64,000 bases of DNA from an uncultured Candidatus Kuenenia sp. (lineage in GTDB: Bacteria > Planctomycetota > UBA11346). The first letter of the stretch is position 1; each line of letters begins with the position of its first letter. A model generated the notes under the pieces. It was not told the origin of the DNA. It worked only from the letters and a program-made list of their open reading frames with translations, and did no database searches. Positions 63,401 through 64,000 of the stretch are shown piece after piece. A program made the translations under genes and the position numbers. Location of the stretch: NCBI GenBank assembly GCA_964654285.1, contig CAZZJC010000025.1, positions 1,046 to 65,045 on the forward strand, in the 5' to 3' direction.

Positions 63401-64000
63401 CCGGCTACCAGTTCAAGTTCGGCGCCTACGACAACACCATGAGTCTCCTGATCCGGGCCGGTCGCCGCATGTGGACCCGACGGATGTCGCCGCTCGTCCC
63501 CGGTCGGCGACTCCGCATCACCATCGAGTGCGTCGACCGCCTGGTGGTGGCGCGCTGCGACGGCGAACTGCTCTGCGCTGAACTCGATCCCGAACCGCTC
63601 CTGGGACGCGGGCACGACTGCATCGGACTGGTCGGATGGCGGGCGGAAAGCGTGGTGGAATCCTTCCGTATCGAACGCCTGGGTCGTTCGGCGGTGGTCA
63701 AGCTCATTGATCTCGCCCGCCGCCACCACCACCGGGGCCGCTGGCAGACCGCCGCCGATCTCTACCACGACGTGATCCGTTCCGCCGCTGAGGAATCCGA
63801 ACGCGTCGAGGCCGAGGCCGCCATGATCCAGGTCGAGGCCGCAGCCAGACTCGGACGCCGTCTGCCGCGCCTACGTTCGCGCCTCACCGCGACCTGGCCG
63901 GGATGCAGCGTCGAGCAACTGGGACCGGCATTGAAGGTCGTCGCCAACGAGCTTGGCGTCACCGATCTTGCACCCCTGGCGCGGTTGCCGGTGGCGACGT
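60415..64000 (+). CDS. Multidomain signalling protein FHA, DUF4388-like, PP2C/SpoIIE phosphatase, Ser/Thr kinase, TPR-like/ConA-like/LRR-like C-region (partial, runs off the window)
   Basis: Frame 1 is open from ATG 60415 to the window end, and is not in the ORF track because no stop is reached. Own translation gives FHA (LVIGRGSHVEVRIDDPSVSREHCRL...SSNGTIV), SpoIIE-type phosphatase (SGDFYDAGLLADGRLMMAIGDVSGHGVRAAML) and kinase (LGGGGGGEV...VAVKRL, HRDLKPGNILL, DWGLA, GSPAYMAPEQ). Confidence 0.85.
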   Translation, partial: MQPPGSSIAFWLLAPQGAVRLTPGRDLVIGRGSHVEVRIDDPSVSREHCRLRWDRERMWLAEDLASSNGTIVAGQRITAAWLLADGQDIVIGGRTLTFRILPAGVPPPILPGADERQTQEVGTQHGFSGVCKDLHGLVRALALAGQNGRLVLANSNTHCIWFIDGVPRAARCDGELGMPALFALLRRSFKDFTFAPEGEPPPNARIDGDGETILFALYGGDLIANDELARAEDLQRRLLGRLPEIPGWDLGVVFQGIGRVSGDFYDAGLLADGRLMMAIGDVSGHGVRAAMLVGGLLKALRLIRASESDPRIVLTRLNDDLHADVLPGSFATCCVVALDPGTGAGEIILAGHHRALVRSDSGTVVPVGTPGLALGVMSGEEFRSSLQSIPIALEPGDRLVLCTDGAFEARNDTGEELGQEGFSDLVSSCAAEPAEAFAKALENGVRARNPRVDDDLAILVVRRLVRQDEDDSAIRTTAVALRRRLGATTDTAAIALKLATATGQPPEPVAIPADLPIRRFGPGGDLVLGEHLGGGGGGEVLAAIQRGLDRPVAVKRLAPHRRSAADLAKFISEARVTARLDHPHIVPIHELASDGEGGMLYVMKRLRGRNWLQRLRGLDLVENLEVLLKVCDAVAFAHERGIVHRDLKPGNILLGDHGEVLVTDWGLAACVRPGSDLAGVAPAPRDGVAVGSPAYMAPEQAKGEAAAIGTATDVYLLGGMLFEMITGLTPHHGTDQRSCITAAAENRIQEPPPGTDGPLLAIARAALASEPSARPRDAAAFRARLREHLRHRESLILAERARLLLSEAGDYSACIRAIAAYEQSVALWERNAQARLGLSAARVTFAGMALARGDLDLAAAQVDPDDPSHQALAGRIADARNRRVAQEKAEDRLRVLEENVKRDSNRIWETVYTYDPAAGLTDWDVISGTAVAGPQGLRMAGGEPRIVLLRRPISGDLRLDLVVSQPGPVVNDITILFAANRPAGSNLEAAVRALETGYQFKFGAYDNTMSLLIRAGRRMWTRRMSPLVPGRRLRITIECVDRLVVARCDGELLCAELDPEPLLGRGHDCIGLVGWRAESVVESFRIERLGRSAVVKLIDLARRHHHRGRWQTAADLYHDVIRSAAEESERVEAEAAMIQVEAAARLGRRLPRLRSRLTATWPGCSVEQLGPALKVVANELGVTDLAPLARLPVAT

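Noticed and set aside
60862-63768. 968-aa minus-strand ORF, the only long ORF in the track for this region
   Set aside because: The opposite strand in frame 1 translates into textbook FHA, PP2C and kinase motifs. It is missing from the track only because it has no stop inside the window, so the minus ORF is its shadow.
60415-64000. Assigning the kinase/phosphatase/FHA fusion as the regulator of the CIS locus
   Set aside because: It is 41 kb away and separated by housekeeping operons (B12 uptake, purA, nuo). There is no sequence-level link, so it is kept only as a stated speculation.

Overview
High-G+C (about two-thirds by eye) chromosomal segment from a diderm bacterium, judged from the TonB-dependent receptor, lipobox lipoproteins and 14-subunit complex I. 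I saw no rRNA, tRNA or CRISPR. All domain calls come from reading motifs in the supplied translations; no similarity search was run.

Layout:
(1) 0.2-1.8 kb: a Y1/HUH transposase with repeat-rich non-coding DNA.
(2) 2.8-19.1 kb, minus strand: a tightly packed phage-tail-like contractile injection system (CIS) operon. It encodes a DUF4255 cap-like protein, sheath, tube, Pro-rich repeat protein, LysM tube-initiator-like protein, gpD/VgrG spike, PAAR-like tip, gp25, baseplate J and tail protein I.
(3) 19.3-27.2 kb: a 1080-aa polytopic protein (HExxH motif plus ceramidase/CREST-like domain), a lipoprotein, a cNMP-gated SLC13-type permease and an orphan binding protein.
(4) 27.4-32.7 kb: a cobalamin riboswitch followed by a btuB-like receptor and a FecCD/ATPase/binding-protein importer.
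(5) purA and uppS.
(6) A minus-strand unit of CreBC-like two-component system, membrane protein and B12-radical-SAM enzyme, plus a PIN remnant.
(7) 40.7-56.8 kb: nuoA-N with an extra lower-GC membrane gene between nuoF and nuoG, followed by a thioesterase.
(8) An FHA/lipoprotein/TPR cluster, apt, and a partial FHA-DUF4388-PP2C-Ser/Thr-kinase fusion running off the window.

Main candidate for something new: the distal half of the CIS operon has no tail fibre, AAA+ ATPase or toxin. Instead it encodes four paralogous membrane proteins that share one N-terminal Ig-like domain. One of them sits between the baseplate J and I genes, and two carry PASTA repeats. This suggests a cytoplasmic, inner-membrane-anchored CIS coupled to the peptidoglycan.

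A 102-nt palindromic A5...T5 element (98/102 identical in two inverted copies) sits inside both the CIS operon and the B12 import operon.
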